A stretch of DNA of 64,000 nucleotides from a virus. Where the stretch lies: positions 1-64,000 of IMG/VR virus record IMGVR_UViG_3300044629_000431, one strand, 5' to 3'. The translations under genes were made by a program, and so were the position numbers. The notes under the pieces were generated by a model. The model did no database searches. It saw nothing but the letters and a program-made list of their open reading frames with translations, and was not told the DNA's origin. Shown here in pieces: positions 41,501 through 51,156 of this stretch (position 1 is its first letter; each line of letters begins with the position of its first letter).

Positions 41501-44500
41501 AATTAAATTTAACTTCTTTATCTGAAGTGCTGATGTATCCAGAGTTTTCTAAACTATAATACAGTTTAGAAGGAATACCACTAGAATATTTGAGAGTAAA
41601 TGTTGCGGTTGAGGTAATTCCAACAGTTCCTACACCTATGGTGTTGAATGTGTTGGTATTTCCTACCGCAATAAATTCATTATTAAAGTTTTGGTCATAA
41701 AATATCTTTAATTTTTTACCTTGCAGAGAAGAGTGTGAAACATTAAATACTAGATCGGAATTTTTAACTACTGGTATTTGTGGGTTAATTAAACTGAGAC
41801 TATGTTGTGATCCACCAGCACCCACAATACTGACCGTATTCGGATATGCAAGAGTAGTATCCAAATAAGTATCAGTTAATTTAATAGTATTGTCATCAAT
41901 TTTGTAAACAAAATATGTTCCAGTTTCTAATCCAGATGCAATTGAATCACTTGAGTCATAAAATACTTTATCTCCAGTTTTTAAGTTTGATGCGTCTAAT
42001 GTAATTCTTGAACTGGATGTATTAATTCCAGTTGAGTTAAATCCAATTGGATTGACTAAAATTTTATCATACTCTTGGTTATACCTTAGTATAACTGAAC
42101 CAGATGTTCCTATTCCAGTTGTAACATTTGGTTCAACATTAAGTGATATTGTATCACCAATTTTTAATCCATGAGAAGTTGAAACGGAAACTCTAGAATT
42201 AATTTTTTGAACTTTTCCAGTTACTTGTGTCGAAAGACCGGAAATATTATATTCATAATTATCTGAACCATTTGTTAAGAATGAAAGACCCTCAGTATTT
42301 GTAGTAAGACCTACAAGAGTTGCAATTCCAATATAATCTTTTGATTTGTTAATGATATAAACAGTTTGGGAATTTGAAGACGCTGGTAAGTTTACAGTAG
42401 TAGCACCTTGATCTGCTGAGCATATTAATGCAGATGCGCCAGACTGTTTAGCGAAAGAAACTTGCTGACCTGTCTTGAATGGGTGATTTGGAATGTAAAT
42501 GCTCTGATTGGGTACAGAAACATTTTTAGATACACCACCAACAGTGTTTGACACATTCGAAGACAATCCTAATGTTGTTCCAACACCTACACTTTGCCTC
42601 GAATTAAAGTATATAACGTCTCTAACTTTTGAATCAAAGTAAGATGCCTTTACTGGTATTTCTATTTTGTTTGGAAGAACATTGATTGGAGTTGATGATG
42701 TATGTGCTACTCCAGTATCAGATCTTCTTACCCTTAAGATAGATCCTTCATTATAAACATTCAGTACTTTAACAGTCTCAGATCCACCAATTCCTATAGT
42801 GAGAGTGCTTCCTACAGAAACTGATGCTGGAATAGTTGAGACAAAAATGTCCTCAACTGTTCCTGGAGAAACAACAGCACTTATATTCTTAAGTAATACT
42901 AGTGTATTAGTAGTAACACCAACTTTATGAGTTCCTGTAAGTTTGTATATTGTTGTAGATAAACCAGAAACGGTAACATATTCATTATCACTTACGGTAT
43001 GATATGGTGTAATGTATGCTTCGATTGTTTCTTTATCTTTCCAAACAAATATTGAATTTGAATAGGTCTCTACTTCTGTAGAAATTTCTACAATTGGTTT
43101 ACCTTCTACTTCAGATATTTCAAGACTTAAACCACTTCCATTTGTTCCGGAATCATCAAAGACAGTATTTTCTCCAACACGATATCCATCACCCGAATTT
43201 AAGATTGAGACGGATGTTACAGAACCTTTAGTTACAGATTCTATTTTTGTTTGTTGGTTAACTATTTCATTTGATTCTATGAAGAAGTCATTATCGGCAT
43301 ATTTTTCGCCAGCCTTATATGGGAAGGTATTTCTTACTAACCCAGAATTATTGAAGTCAAAAGTTTGATTTAAAATAAAGTTGTCAGTATTGACATTTGA
43401 TCTGTATGAATCTCCCACAAAGTAGGGATATGCTGGTGTTAATGTGCTTGTCGCAGGGTTTGTTGTGACTCCAACAAAGTAGGCATAAGTTCCATTAGGA
43501 AATTCTGGAGTTTTGCAGAATCTTCCATTATGAACATCTAAGTTGCCAGAATTTGTAAATCTATAATCATCGACAAAAAATCCGCTACCAAAAACTGATG
43601 GTCTGTTTACAACATTTGATGTATCTAATACATATCCACTTTGAATTAAACTGATAGGTGAAGATGTATTTTGTGGGTCTGAGTATCCAAAAGGTCCATA
43701 TATTGGGTTTCCATCATATGCCCAACCAATAATTGGAGAGTGGTTTACACCATTATCATTAAACTCAGTTCCTAAAACACTTGTGGAATATCCAACAACT
43801 GAATATTGTAAATTGTTTAGTGTTTCAATTAGTGTATCTTCGGTGTTTCTATACTGTTCATTTAACGTTAAACTTCTTACTGAAGATGTTAGTACTGCTC
43901 CAGAACCAGATGGGATTACATTAATTGTTGTAGTTGCTTGATTATAGTTTACACCAGAATTAATAACAACAACATCAACCAGTTTTTGATTTGAAATTAC
44001 AGGTCTCAGTATAGCACCATACCCATCCCCTATAATTCTTAAATTGGGAACCGAGTAATATTCAGAACCACCAGATAAAACTTGAACATCTATAATTCTA
44101 CCGTTTTTAATGATTGGTGCAACTTCAGCATTTTTGCCAGTTTTAATGGTAATGTTTGGATTTTTACTAAAGTTGATAATATCTGAACCATAACCAGTTC
44201 CCTGTTCATACAGATATGCATCAACTATTTGACCTTTAATTACTGGTGTTGCAGTAATTACTCCAACTACGCTGCTGCCAAATGAAACATTGACTGTTAC
44301 TTCAATATTTGGATATTTGAAAATATGGTATCCAGAACCAGTAGAGGAAAGTTTTACATAGTTTCTTCTCTCATAATTTGATGAGATAGATGCCCCGATA
44401 CCAGCATTTGCAAGTTTAAATGAATTATTGTCTGTCTTTAAAATATAATAAGAATTTGCAGTAGATAAACCAGATATTGGAGTACCAGTTGTTTCATATC

Positions 44501-47429
44501 TGATTACATCACCATCATTAAAATTATGATCATTGAAAATAACAGAGTCAGTTTCGGTAGAAATTCCTGAAGATTTTACATATAAGTTTCTATTCTGATA
44601 TCCACTTCCTGGTTCAATTACTTTGATATCTCTTAATGTATTTTTCTCAAGTGTTCTAAATTTATGAATTCCAGCAGTATTCTCTGTTGTAAATCCAACA
44701 GTATTCAAACCAACATAAAAGTCGTTGACAGTTTGGTATAACTTAATGGTGCTTGGGTTTACAACCTGAACATAATATTCAGAACCACTTACTAAAGTCT
44801 TATTTTGTATTTTATTAAAAACATTATCTGGTGGACCAAACGTTCCTATTCCTAAACTTGAATTGCCATTATTATTATAGATTATTGTTTGACCATTTGT
44901 AAAATTATGATTTGCTAAGAAAGTAATGGTCTCATTTGTGGCATCAATTCCACCACCATAAAGGTTTTCTCTAGCATCAAATTCAACTTCTCTATATCTT
45001 TTTGAAAGGATGGGTTTTAATATAGCACCATTACCATTTCCGCCAGTTATTGTGGCAGATACTACGGTCTCAACATCAAAGTCTTGAGGATCGACCAAAA
45101 CAGATTCTACAGATCCACTAACGACTGGTTTGACGAGTGCTGTAGTAAATCCAGAAGATGGCGAATCAACTACAATCTGAGGTGGATTTAGGACATCATA
45201 TCCTGAACCAGAGTTTACAACTTTTACGCTGGATAGTGGTCCATAATAAACCTTATCGTTTGTTTTTGGACTTAGAATCTCTACACCATTGATTAGAAGA
45301 CCAACTCCTCCAGGAATTGTTTTTTCAGCACTTCCAAGAGATAGGTTTCTTTCGAGAGGAAACTTTCTAAGTATTTTTTGAGGACTAATGAGGAATTTTT
45401 TATGTCTTGACAATACAAACTGGTGATATCCTGTTCCTGCTGCTAATTCACCAAATTCCAAATACTCTGAGGTTCCAACAAAAGATCTAGAAGCGTATAG
45501 TCTAATTTGGTTTGCTGAACTTAAAACCTGAACATAATAAGTATTTCCAGAAATTAAACCAGGCATTGCCGTTTTTTCTGGGAAATAAACAACCTCATCT
45601 CCAGTTATGAATGGTACGTTTGTTGAGAATGATATGATAGAGTAAAGTAACGTAGTTACGTTTAAGTCTTGTAAACGAGAACCATTCGCCTCACTAATTG
45701 TAGACTGAGAAATATTTTTAGAAATAGTATATTTCGGTAAGCAGTTAGAAGCTACGTATGAATATTGGTTATCAGTGTATAAGTTTTGAATATCACTTAT
45801 GAGTTTATTATTTCCATACTGAAGTGCTGCACCAGAACTAGAAGCCTTTTTAATATTTCTTCTAATATCATAACTTAATGAAGATGATGGTGAAAAAGAT
45901 CCCAACCCGTTAAGAATAACCTGTTTTGTTGTGGTATTGATGACAGAAACCGTTGCATTTGCTGCGGCAACAGTTTGAGAACCTCTTACGAGTACATCTA
46001 CAGAGTCCCCTACTTTTAAACTTGATTTATCAATAGGACTCAATACTGTAAATGTAGATCCAGAAATTGATTCAACTTGATATCTTGAACTTGTGTTGTA
46101 AATCCAAGAATTAGCGAAAATTTCTTTAAATGTTTTATTCTCTGATGGGTTTTTAATTGACTGACCAAGATTTCTGACACCAACATACTGACCCTCATCT
46201 ACCAAAGATATTGTTCCTGTCGGAACAAACTCTGAAAGAACACCAGTAAGTCTTAGTTCAACCTTTTTAGTTGTATCTCCACCCTCATAACCAAAGGCAA
46301 TTTCATCAGAACGAATATTTGAAGCAATAGAAATTGCACTTGTGACACCAGAGCAACCAAGAAATTGGTTTACACTTTTATCTGAATAAGATATTTTATT
46401 AGAACCACTTATAAGCGTTCCAGTTTGCCCAAAACCAATTGTAGAGTCTACCGAAATAATTGATGCACCAACAGATACATTTTCTAGTGCTTTTGTATTA
46501 CCCGTAATATTGAAGTTACCCTCTCCACGATCTTGCTCATCATATCCAATGAAGAGAGATAGTTTATAATATGTTTTATTATTTCTTGAAATAATTTCAA
46601 CTTCAGAAACGGAACCTTGTGTTCTTTGATCCGTAGATTTTCTAATAGTCTGTCCAACTAACTTAAGAGGATCGCCAGACAATGCCTCTGCAACTATAAC
46701 TTCTCTTCTGGAAAACTTGGCAGAAGATGGTTTTGAAAGATAGTTTTCAAGATCTATTACACTAACGTTTTCATTATATAAAACTCTAAACAGGATCTTA
46801 AAGGACTCTTCTGTTCCTTTTGACTGATAAAGACTTCTTGCTTCTTTGATGAAGTTACTTACATCAAGGTTTGGAGTAAATGCAACATTCTCTAAACCAG
46901 GAACGAAAGTGTATTTAATTTTATTGTAAAACTCTTGTAAAAAGAGTGAGCTTAGGTTTTTAACTTCTACGCCACTGGTATGGATTCCTGCCTTTGAAGT
47001 TGAGAATTCTAACTCTTCTGGGTTGTTAACCTGACTATAAGTTGTAATTCCACTAAAACCACGAATACAACCAGTAAAACTGTTTGTAGTAATACCTGTG
47101 TAGGTAATGATCTCATTATCAATTTTTAAGAGACCATACTGATCTGGAAATCCTTTTGTAGAACCAACTACAATGGTATCAGATGTTGTTGTGAGAGTGT
47201 TCTGTAGTGTGGTCTTTCCACTTATTACATTTGTAGTTAGATTATCAACCTTTAAATATTGATCTAAGTTCTCAGCAATATCTACAGGACCACCTTGATA
47301 CTCCTGTGAGATGTAGTATTGCTTTAAAAAATCTACTGCTTTTGGAGACTCCGAGAGTAAAAATTCTGGTAGTTGATTTTGTACAATTTGTTGAATCTTT
47401 ACCCTTCTATCAAAACCAGTTTCGATCAT
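35520..47429 (-). CDS. g7: Giant baseplate wedge protein (gp7-like), 3969 aa, with a YHYH-like domain
   Basis: Lies between g6 and g8. N-terminal QLPEF..FLKQYY and Y.SKGT..SFK.LFR motifs; HSPIIGWAYDGNPIYGP; YYQNLSYSV...HTSG. Confidence 0.78.
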   Translation of the reverse strand: MIETGFDRRVKIQQIVQNQLPEFLLSESPKAVDFLKQYYISQEYQGGPVDIAENLDQYLKVDNLTTNVISGKTTLQNTLTTTSDTIVVGSTKGFPDQYGLLKIDNEIITYTGITTNSFTGCIRGFSGITTYSQVNNPEELEFSTSKAGIHTSGVEVKNLSSLFLQEFYNKIKYTFVPGLENVAFTPNLDVSNFIKEARSLYQSKGTEESFKILFRVLYNENVSVIDLENYLSKPSSAKFSRREVIVAEALSGDPLKLVGQTIRKSTDQRTQGSVSEVEIISRNNKTYYKLSLFIGYDEQDRGEGNFNITGNTKALENVSVGASIISVDSTIGFGQTGTLISGSNKISYSDKSVNQFLGCSGVTSAISIASNIRSDEIAFGYEGGDTTKKVELRLTGVLSEFVPTGTISLVDEGQYVGVRNLGQSIKNPSENKTFKEIFANSWIYNTSSRYQVESISGSTFTVLSPIDKSSLKVGDSVDVLVRGSQTVAAANATVSVINTTTKQVILNGLGSFSPSSSLSYDIRRNIKKASSSGAALQYGNNKLISDIQNLYTDNQYSYVASNCLPKYTISKNISQSTISEANGSRLQDLNVTTLLYSIISFSTNVPFITGDEVVYFPEKTAMPGLISGNTYYVQVLSSANQIRLYASRSFVGTSEYLEFGELAAGTGYHQFVLSRHKKFLISPQKILRKFPLERNLSLGSAEKTIPGGVGLLINGVEILSPKTNDKVYYGPLSSVKVVNSGSGYDVLNPPQIVVDSPSSGFTTALVKPVVSGSVESVLVDPQDFDVETVVSATITGGNGNGAILKPILSKRYREVEFDARENLYGGGIDATNETITFLANHNFTNGQTIIYNNNGNSSLGIGTFGPPDNVFNKIQNKTLVSGSEYYVQVVNPSTIKLYQTVNDFYVGLNTVGFTTENTAGIHKFRTLEKNTLRDIKVIEPGSGYQNRNLYVKSSGISTETDSVIFNDHNFNDGDVIRYETTGTPISGLSTANSYYILKTDNNSFKLANAGIGASISSNYERRNYVKLSSTGSGYHIFKYPNIEVTVNVSFGSSVVGVITATPVIKGQIVDAYLYEQGTGYGSDIINFSKNPNITIKTGKNAEVAPIIKNGRIIDVQVLSGGSEYYSVPNLRIIGDGYGAILRPVISNQKLVDVVVINSGVNYNQATTTINVIPSGSGAVLTSSVRSLTLNEQYRNTEDTLIETLNNLQYSVVGYSTSVLGTEFNDNGVNHSPIIGWAYDGNPIYGPFGYSDPQNTSSPISLIQSGYVLDTSNVVNRPSVFGSGFFVDDYRFTNSGNLDVHNGRFCKTPEFPNGTYAYFVGVTTNPATSTLTPAYPYFVGDSYRSNVNTDNFILNQTFDFNNSGLVRNTFPYKAGEKYADNDFFIESNEIVNQQTKIESVTKGSVTSVSILNSGDGYRVGENTVFDDSGTNGSGLSLEISEVEGKPIVEISTEVETYSNSIFVWKDKETIEAYITPYHTVSDNEYVTVSGLSTTIYKLTGTHKVGVTTNTLVLLKNISAVVSPGTVEDIFVSTIPASVSVGSTLTIGIGGSETVKVLNVYNEGSILRVRRSDTGVAHTSSTPINVLPNKIEIPVKASYFDSKVRDVIYFNSRQSVGVGTTLGLSSNVSNTVGGVSKNVSVPNQSIYIPNHPFKTGQQVSFAKQSGASALICSADQGATTVNLPASSNSQTVYIINKSKDYIGIATLVGLTTNTEGLSFLTNGSDNYEYNISGLSTQVTGKVQKINSRVSVSTSHGLKIGDTISLNVEPNVTTGIGTSGSVILRYNQEYDKILVNPIGFNSTGINTSSSRITLDASNLKTGDKVFYDSSDSIASGLETGTYFVYKIDDNTIKLTDTYLDTTLAYPNTVSIVGAGGSQHSLSLINPQIPVVKNSDLVFNVSHSSLQGKKLKIFYDQNFNNEFIAVGNTNTFNTIGVGTVGITSTATFTLKYSSGIPSKLYYSLENSGYISTSDKEVKFNSEISFVDSAYNGNYVVTGVGNTTFNIALRKTPEKYTLTQSQCDTLKYSTSSPTASGGVSKLKTIFGGYNYKKLPKFVGFSSSSGENANLVAKSTEVGNINKTRILNYGFEYSSDKTLKPEAAVSPIVYIQNSNTISDIDVLYGGKNYSSAPNLVIVDPDTGTLIDSNSLSCSLFGSAISSVNIISQPYGLNSSKQRIVAVDNDNGVSISSITSSPAGIVTCVISTPILGFTTNVFSAGEEIFVEGIEKDNPSGQGFNSADYGYRFFTVSAYYNTNPAVVEFNLAGIATNAGLAKTNQGYATIIAKRNYPTFDTTQEFALFEKNEKLLTDTGTGYIERDLSVTDSTRNYIKISGSYILEVGERLKGKNSGVKATVQSLDNNAGYFEVSYASRQDYGWTTDTGKLDETYQVTSDNDYYQNLSYSVRSKIQYQDLVNPVNRLLHTSGLKNFSDTQVVSESDSVVSYASTTNDTIVLDVTEEKRVDAINNIDLTVDVDTSTNQTKSKFIKFQNKKLTDYIKCVSNRVLVMDNISSRFSNKETGIEPFVDIDTFDDTYSKYLIQILDPASSERQVSEIVALKDDTNAYVLEKAFLTNTDIPLGTLSGKSDSESQTLRFTPADPYDTDYDIKIIKNKFNSIVNGIGTQSVGFVNLTGINTVVGVGTTVKLVSYRTNNFDSFYANIEILNTVTNKMNYVELFLDHDGTNTYQSDFYFDSTGTEGNSSNYMGVFDSSIQSGILTVTYYNTESNQILVRSNIVGFGTTAVGVGTYRFLADGQPEGSESSARYESNYTVSSGSTSVIGVSTENVSALKSIVRVSYGNTSAVHQVLMLQDETNVYTVQYPFLSIGSTSGIGTFGGEILGSKAYLKFYPDASIGANVEVQSFSEVLYDTNDYDNTPEQLDYGTASSLVQLSAYDAINGNRANRLDFDVRYSGTPIFVKTFNPFTTSILNPETGIFTIPNHFFSTGEELYYEPGSSFVGVAGTGIGIGLTESYLGVTTNILPPVVYALKINDSQFRLSTKKQYANAGIYVTFTTAVGSGNVHTLEMSKKLEKSLISLNGVVQKPLSFVPISYNVANNFGQVSTATTYFALSGISSIKPKDVLKISSEYCNVVEVGFGTTSSGPITGLGTFPLVQVNRGFVGSSATTHNDGSPVEIYRGAYNITKNKIWFTEAPKGNPRQIRDRSNILYPKTTFTGRVYLRNDYATNTIYDDISDRFTGIGQTYTLTVRGINTTGIETGNGVLFLNDIFQTPTTDNNAGNNFSLGGFGTGISSVTFSGITSTNGQIVISSDVNQNQLPRGGVIVSLGSTSGAGFAPLVGAAVTAVVGAGGSIVSVGLGTLDVFGSGYRSPVSIAITDSSHTGTAASITAVVGAGGTLSFVVNSGGTGYNTSTVKINVPQPSYENLSVVGTYRAGIGSTTVTGSNLLLTLDVGAISTTGIGSTLFEVSSFKIARPGYGFRIGDKFKPVGLVTARGLSAPLQDFELTVLDVFTDSFSFWQFGELDYIDSIKNLQNGVRKRFPLYYNGQLLSFEIDPSDTSSVNIDLNAVLLIFINGVAQEPGTSYVFEGGTSFVFADPPRSEDNVAVFFYRGTRGTDSFTVNINETLKIGDSVQIFRNNEYPSTVTQEIRDITNIVGSDKIETNIYTGAGIDETFFKPLTWIKQKVDKVINGDVVSKSRDSLETQIYPTSKIIKDIKSTDTEIFVDNAQFFNYEENNYAITITDVDGIIVQANDPVSAAITATVSAAGTISALTITNAGSGYTGTATVKIAAPKAIGVGVGSTATATVSIVGGSISSTNITSPGFGYTTTNPPQVIVSYPDIQVEQVTNITTVEGFSGIITGISTTTGTSGNPLALNFFVQGPSAFTGLNTGYPLLIKNTLVGNGVTSLYDSNSAVVAISTSYLDNIYFVSNLVVSGTNAVITVNVKSDTNITGIQTSGISTCGEYSWGKLSGLSRASSPVAIGVSGLTVDSGLSTFPTIQRRGFGLRDTGALRKQSNV

Positions 47430-47432
47430 ATT

Positions 47433-49361
47433 TTATTTCCTCTCTAGTTCTCCGTTAGAGTAGCTTGATGTATAGTAATCTCTTGTAAAAGTAACCCCAG
47501 AGATATCCTCTCCAGAAGAAATGACATCCTTAACCATATTTATGGTGCTATCTGAAATACTAAAACTTAAATATAGGTCACTTAAACCAACAACATCATT
47601 TGATTCTGGATATGCTTGAACCTCAATAATATTATTTTCTTTTTCTGTTGATATGATATTAATTGTGTTTATGGTAATTTCACCTTTGGTATAATCAATA
47701 ACCCCAGCAGAAGAAACTAAAACTCGATAACTTCCATCTGCATTTCTTTTAACGACAGATAGAACTCCTTTTCCACTACCATCTAACTCACCAGTTCCTG
47801 GAATTGTGTTTGGTGTATCAGTGAAATGAACCATATCTGGTTCATTGCTAATATAAAAACCAGTACTCTTAATATTATATCCGTCACAATTGATGTGAAA
47901 CTTATTACCAAAGCACAACTCATACTGTGCAAACTGATTTAATAATGCTTTCAGATTTCTACGTACTCTTACCTTCGTGATATTTGAAGTAATTGATCTA
48001 TCTGCATTATCAATAACTTGAAGTATTTTACTATATTTGAATCTTCCACCAAACTTATTCAAGTCAATGGAAGAAGCATAAGTATTCAATGCATTTGTAA
48101 CTGTGGTCTTTAAGTTATCTACGCTTGAAACTTGAGGTGCATTGTAGTAAATTGAGGAGTCAATCTCAACATACAATACTTTCAGATCGACAATTTCTTG
48201 GTTGATACCACTCAAAGAGTATTGCTTGAGTTTTGTTAGTATATTTCCCTTATCAAAGTCTGATAGATAGTCTCCATTTTTTGGTTTGATACTAATCAGA
48301 ACTTTTCCAAACTGTGGTGGATCTAACTCTTCTCCACCGACAACAGAGACAGACTCGGTGTTTGGATATATTTGCTGAATAATTGCCTCATAGTCTCTAG
48401 CAGTTACTGCTCTGTACTGAGCAGAATAGAGTCTTGGTGCAAAATATTTGACAGATGATACAGGTTCAATGTCACCACCATTCATTGCCTTCTGAATAGT
48501 AGTCATTGTTACTGAACTAGAAGGAATCGCAACGTTATTACTTGCGTCTCTTAATGAACCAGAGAAACTAAACTCAGATGGTCCATTACCTTCTTTTCCA
48601 TCAGTCACAATATAAGTGACAGTAACAACAGAACTGTTCTCTAACTTTTTACCAAACAGTCCGTCACCAAATAGAATTTCATACTTTTCGTCCTGAACTT
48701 CCTGAAGAAGATAAATTTCAGAAGTTCTTTCAACTCCAATGATATTATCGACTTTTGAGTATTCTCTTCCAAGACCACTATCGGAAGGTCCCTTTACATA
48801 AACAACAATGGTTGAAGTATCAATGAATGAGTTATCAAGAATAAAACGTTGATCCAGAGAACCATCTACAACAAATTGCTTTGTCAAGAACGTTCCCTGA
48901 TACACTTCAATTGGTGCATCTGTCGTACCAAATGTGGCAACTCCACCACTGATAGTGGTAGAGACGTTTTCTGGTATTGAGAAGGTATATGTGCTCTGTT
49001 CTGCCGTTCCAACACACACCAGACCCGCCTGCAAGGTCAATGTGGGACTTGTTGAGGTAGTTGGTACGTTAATAGTTACGTGCGCTCTTGCCGCTGTTCT
49101 AGAGCGTGGTGTGTAACCAATATTTCTTGCCAGTGAAACAACATTTTCTCTGAGAGTTGCAGAGTCCAGAAAGGACTCATTCACAATCATATTTGAGTTA
49201 AATGCTGTAATATATGTGTTATATGCTAACGTATCGATCAGAACAGAAAAGTTTGAACCCTCAAAGTCAAAGTCTGTAAAGTTGGAGTTCGCACGAAGAT
49301 AATCCTTGATGGATGTCTTGATCTGATCAAAATCGAGGTTGGTAAATTTAGTGAAAGGCAT
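47433..49361 (-). CDS. g6: Baseplate wedge protein gp6
   Basis: LDFDQIK, FTDFDFEGS, ESFLDSA.LR.NVVS and RAVTARDY motifs. Confidence 0.95.
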   Translation of the reverse strand: MPFTKFTNLDFDQIKTSIKDYLRANSNFTDFDFEGSNFSVLIDTLAYNTYITAFNSNMIVNESFLDSATLRENVVSLARNIGYTPRSRTAARAHVTINVPTTSTSPTLTLQAGLVCVGTAEQSTYTFSIPENVSTTISGGVATFGTTDAPIEVYQGTFLTKQFVVDGSLDQRFILDNSFIDTSTIVVYVKGPSDSGLGREYSKVDNIIGVERTSEIYLLQEVQDEKYEILFGDGLFGKKLENSSVVTVTYIVTDGKEGNGPSEFSFSGSLRDASNNVAIPSSSVTMTTIQKAMNGGDIEPVSSVKYFAPRLYSAQYRAVTARDYEAIIQQIYPNTESVSVVGGEELDPPQFGKVLISIKPKNGDYLSDFDKGNILTKLKQYSLSGINQEIVDLKVLYVEIDSSIYYNAPQVSSVDNLKTTVTNALNTYASSIDLNKFGGRFKYSKILQVIDNADRSITSNITKVRVRRNLKALLNQFAQYELCFGNKFHINCDGYNIKSTGFYISNEPDMVHFTDTPNTIPGTGELDGSGKGVLSVVKRNADGSYRVLVSSAGVIDYTKGEITINTINIISTEKENNIIEVQAYPESNDVVGLSDLYLSFSISDSTINMVKDVISSGEDISGVTFTRDYYTSSYSNGELERK

Positions 49362-49362
49362 T

Positions 49363-49764
49363 TTATCTTGTTGCCTCTAATATGAATGTAAACGCTTGTG
49401 TCGGAACATCTTGTCCAATAATATCAAATATTACGGTTACATTGAATGTATTCTCATCGGGTGATGGTTCAACATCCACTCGTGTATTTGTAACACGTGG
49501 TTCAAAGTTTCGAATCGTTGTAAGAATCTGGTCCTCAATAATTGCCGCAGTACCATAGTCAACAAATTCAAACAGACTTGAGCGTACTTCAGAACCCAAC
49601 AGGGAGTTAAAGAATCTCTCTGTTGGGATTGTTTCGACTAAATTTCTGACGGAACGACGAATTGCATTCTCATTCTTAAGAATTGGCAGATCCTTTGTAA
49701 CAGGATGAGGATCGAAGGACAAACTAATGTCCTTGAAGGCTCTTGATACTCTGGTAACTGCCAT
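49363..49764 (-). CDS. g25: Baseplate protein gp25
   Basis: AIRRSVRNLV.T...ERFF and I..FEPRV motifs; ATAAATA at 49787-49793. Confidence 0.93.
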   Translation of the reverse strand: MAVTRVSRAFKDISLSFDPHPVTKDLPILKNENAIRRSVRNLVETIPTERFFNSLLGSEVRSSLFEFVDYGTAAIIEDQILTTIRNFEPRVTNTRVDVEPSPDENTFNVTVIFDIIGQDVPTQAFTFILEATR

Positions 49765-49796
49765 TTGGACGTGGATTTTCTCTCATTATTTATGAG

Positions 49797-50039
49797 TTAT
49801 TTCCAAGGAATCCCATAAGATGGTTCAGTCCCATAGTTCCAATCATCGTAATCTTCATCATTACGAATTTTTTCATGCAACTCTTCTTGTTTTTTCAGAT
49901 CATGGCGTGGTGCAACATCGTGCATGACTTCTTGAATCACTCTTTTTGGTTTAATATCACCATAATCAGTGATTAAATGAGATGTTCCCCACATCTCTCT
50001 CATGTAATTACTGTCTCTATCGACGGGTAAGTTCGACAT
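49797..50039 (-). CDS. Hypothetical protein
   Basis: 80-aa ORF with an AGGAG RBS inside a hairpin. Confidence 0.65.
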   Translation of the reverse strand: MSNLPVDRDSNYMREMWGTSHLITDYGDIKPKRVIQEVMHDVAPRHDLKKQEELHEKIRNDEDYDDWNYGTEPSYGIPWK

Positions 50040-50106
50040 TTTAGCTCCTGTTTTAATGAATAAAACAGAACTTTTATAAAGGAGGTTGCTATCTCCTTAT
50101 TTCTAT

Positions 50107-50448
50107 TTAACGTTCGACTTCACGAAGCGAATATGAGTCAGAATTGAGGTATTTGAGTATTTCTAAGGCAATTAAACGTGGGTTTCCTTCACCACAAGTG
50201 TACACATCGACTGCCAAACACCCATTTTCTGGCCAAGTATGACAAGAAACATGACTTTCTGCCAGTGCAATGACGACTGTGCATCCTTGTGGTAGAAAAC
50301 AATGCGAAAATGTGTTCAAAATTGTCATTTTCGCACGCTCTATGCCCCTAATCATGACGTTCTGTAGAGATTCTACGTCATTAATCAGATCAAACTGAAC
50401 ATCATACACCTCTAAGAGGAGGTGTTTACCCATCGAAAACTGTTCCAA
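50107..50448 (-). CDS. speD: S-adenosylmethionine decarboxylase proenzyme (class 1B, pyruvoyl-dependent)
   Basis: GKHLL, F.PQG.T, LAE|SH autocleavage site, HTWPE and DVYTCG motifs. Confidence 0.9.
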   Translation of the reverse strand: MEQFSMGKHLLLEVYDVQFDLINDVESLQNVMIRGIERAKMTILNTFSHCFLPQGCTVVIALAESHVSCHTWPENGCLAVDVYTCGEGNPRLIALEILKYLNSDSYSLREVER

Positions 50449-50472
50449 CTCAATTTTTATGAAAAAATTTAT

Positions 50473-51156
50473 TTATTCTACCTCTTCAACGTAAAATCCA
50501 CGCCGAACATCACTTAAATGACCATTTGCAGAGTAATAACGGAGATCAGATTCGTGATTTGGAGAAAATTTTAAGTGTTTTTTTGCATTTATCCCATCTT
50601 CATCCCATATTGGATACACTTTTGACCCCATAGGAAGATTCCATATCTGATCATTACCAGTTCGAAGATGAATTTCAAACGGTTTTCCACCTTTTGACTC
50701 AACATTCAAGTACTCTACATCAATTTCTTCAATAAAATTGGGTAGTTTAAACTCTGGTATCGCAACTTTTGTCCAAACTTCAAAACGAGTTAGATTATTT
50801 TCTGTTTCATGAGTGCCAATCATCGCACTAAATGGAATCCAACATCCATTTTCACGTTTATAGTCAATACTAAAATGATCTCCCTCTAGATATTCACACC
50901 AGAAATATCCAGGGGAGACGTATTGATGAAGAATCATTTCTTCGGTATGTAATTTTGGATCAAGGAATTGTTTTTTAGCACCAATTCCTTGACCAAATAA
51001 ATTGTAGATTGGTCTTATAATATAAAAACCTTTCTTTTGAATCGGAACACAAGCAGGACCTGCATCATAACCACATCGTAGAGCAATGTCTAATTTATTG
51101 AATACCCAACGATATTGAGGATAAGATCTCCAAGCTTGCACATCGTCATCAATCAT
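50473..51156 (-). CDS. Hypothetical protein, possible degenerate ATP-grasp-like fold
   Basis: IIRPI.N..G.G.GA, EYLEGDHFSIDY and LNVE...FEIHLR patterns; fold call is by eye only. Confidence 0.5.
   Translation of the reverse strand: MIDDDVQAWRSYPQYRWVFNKLDIALRCGYDAGPACVPIQKKGFYIIRPIYNLFGQGIGAKKQFLDPKLHTEEMILHQYVSPGYFWCEYLEGDHFSIDYKRENGCWIPFSAMIGTHETENNLTRFEVWTKVAIPEFKLPNFIEEIDVEYLNVESKGGKPFEIHLRTGNDQIWNLPMGSKVYPIWDEDGINAKKHLKFSPNHESDLRYYSANGHLSDVRRGFYVEEVE

Noticed and set aside
948-49116. Numerous plus-strand and alternative-frame ORFs in the ORF track overlapping core genes
   Set aside because: They are shadows of well-supported minus-strand genes, with no recognisable motifs.
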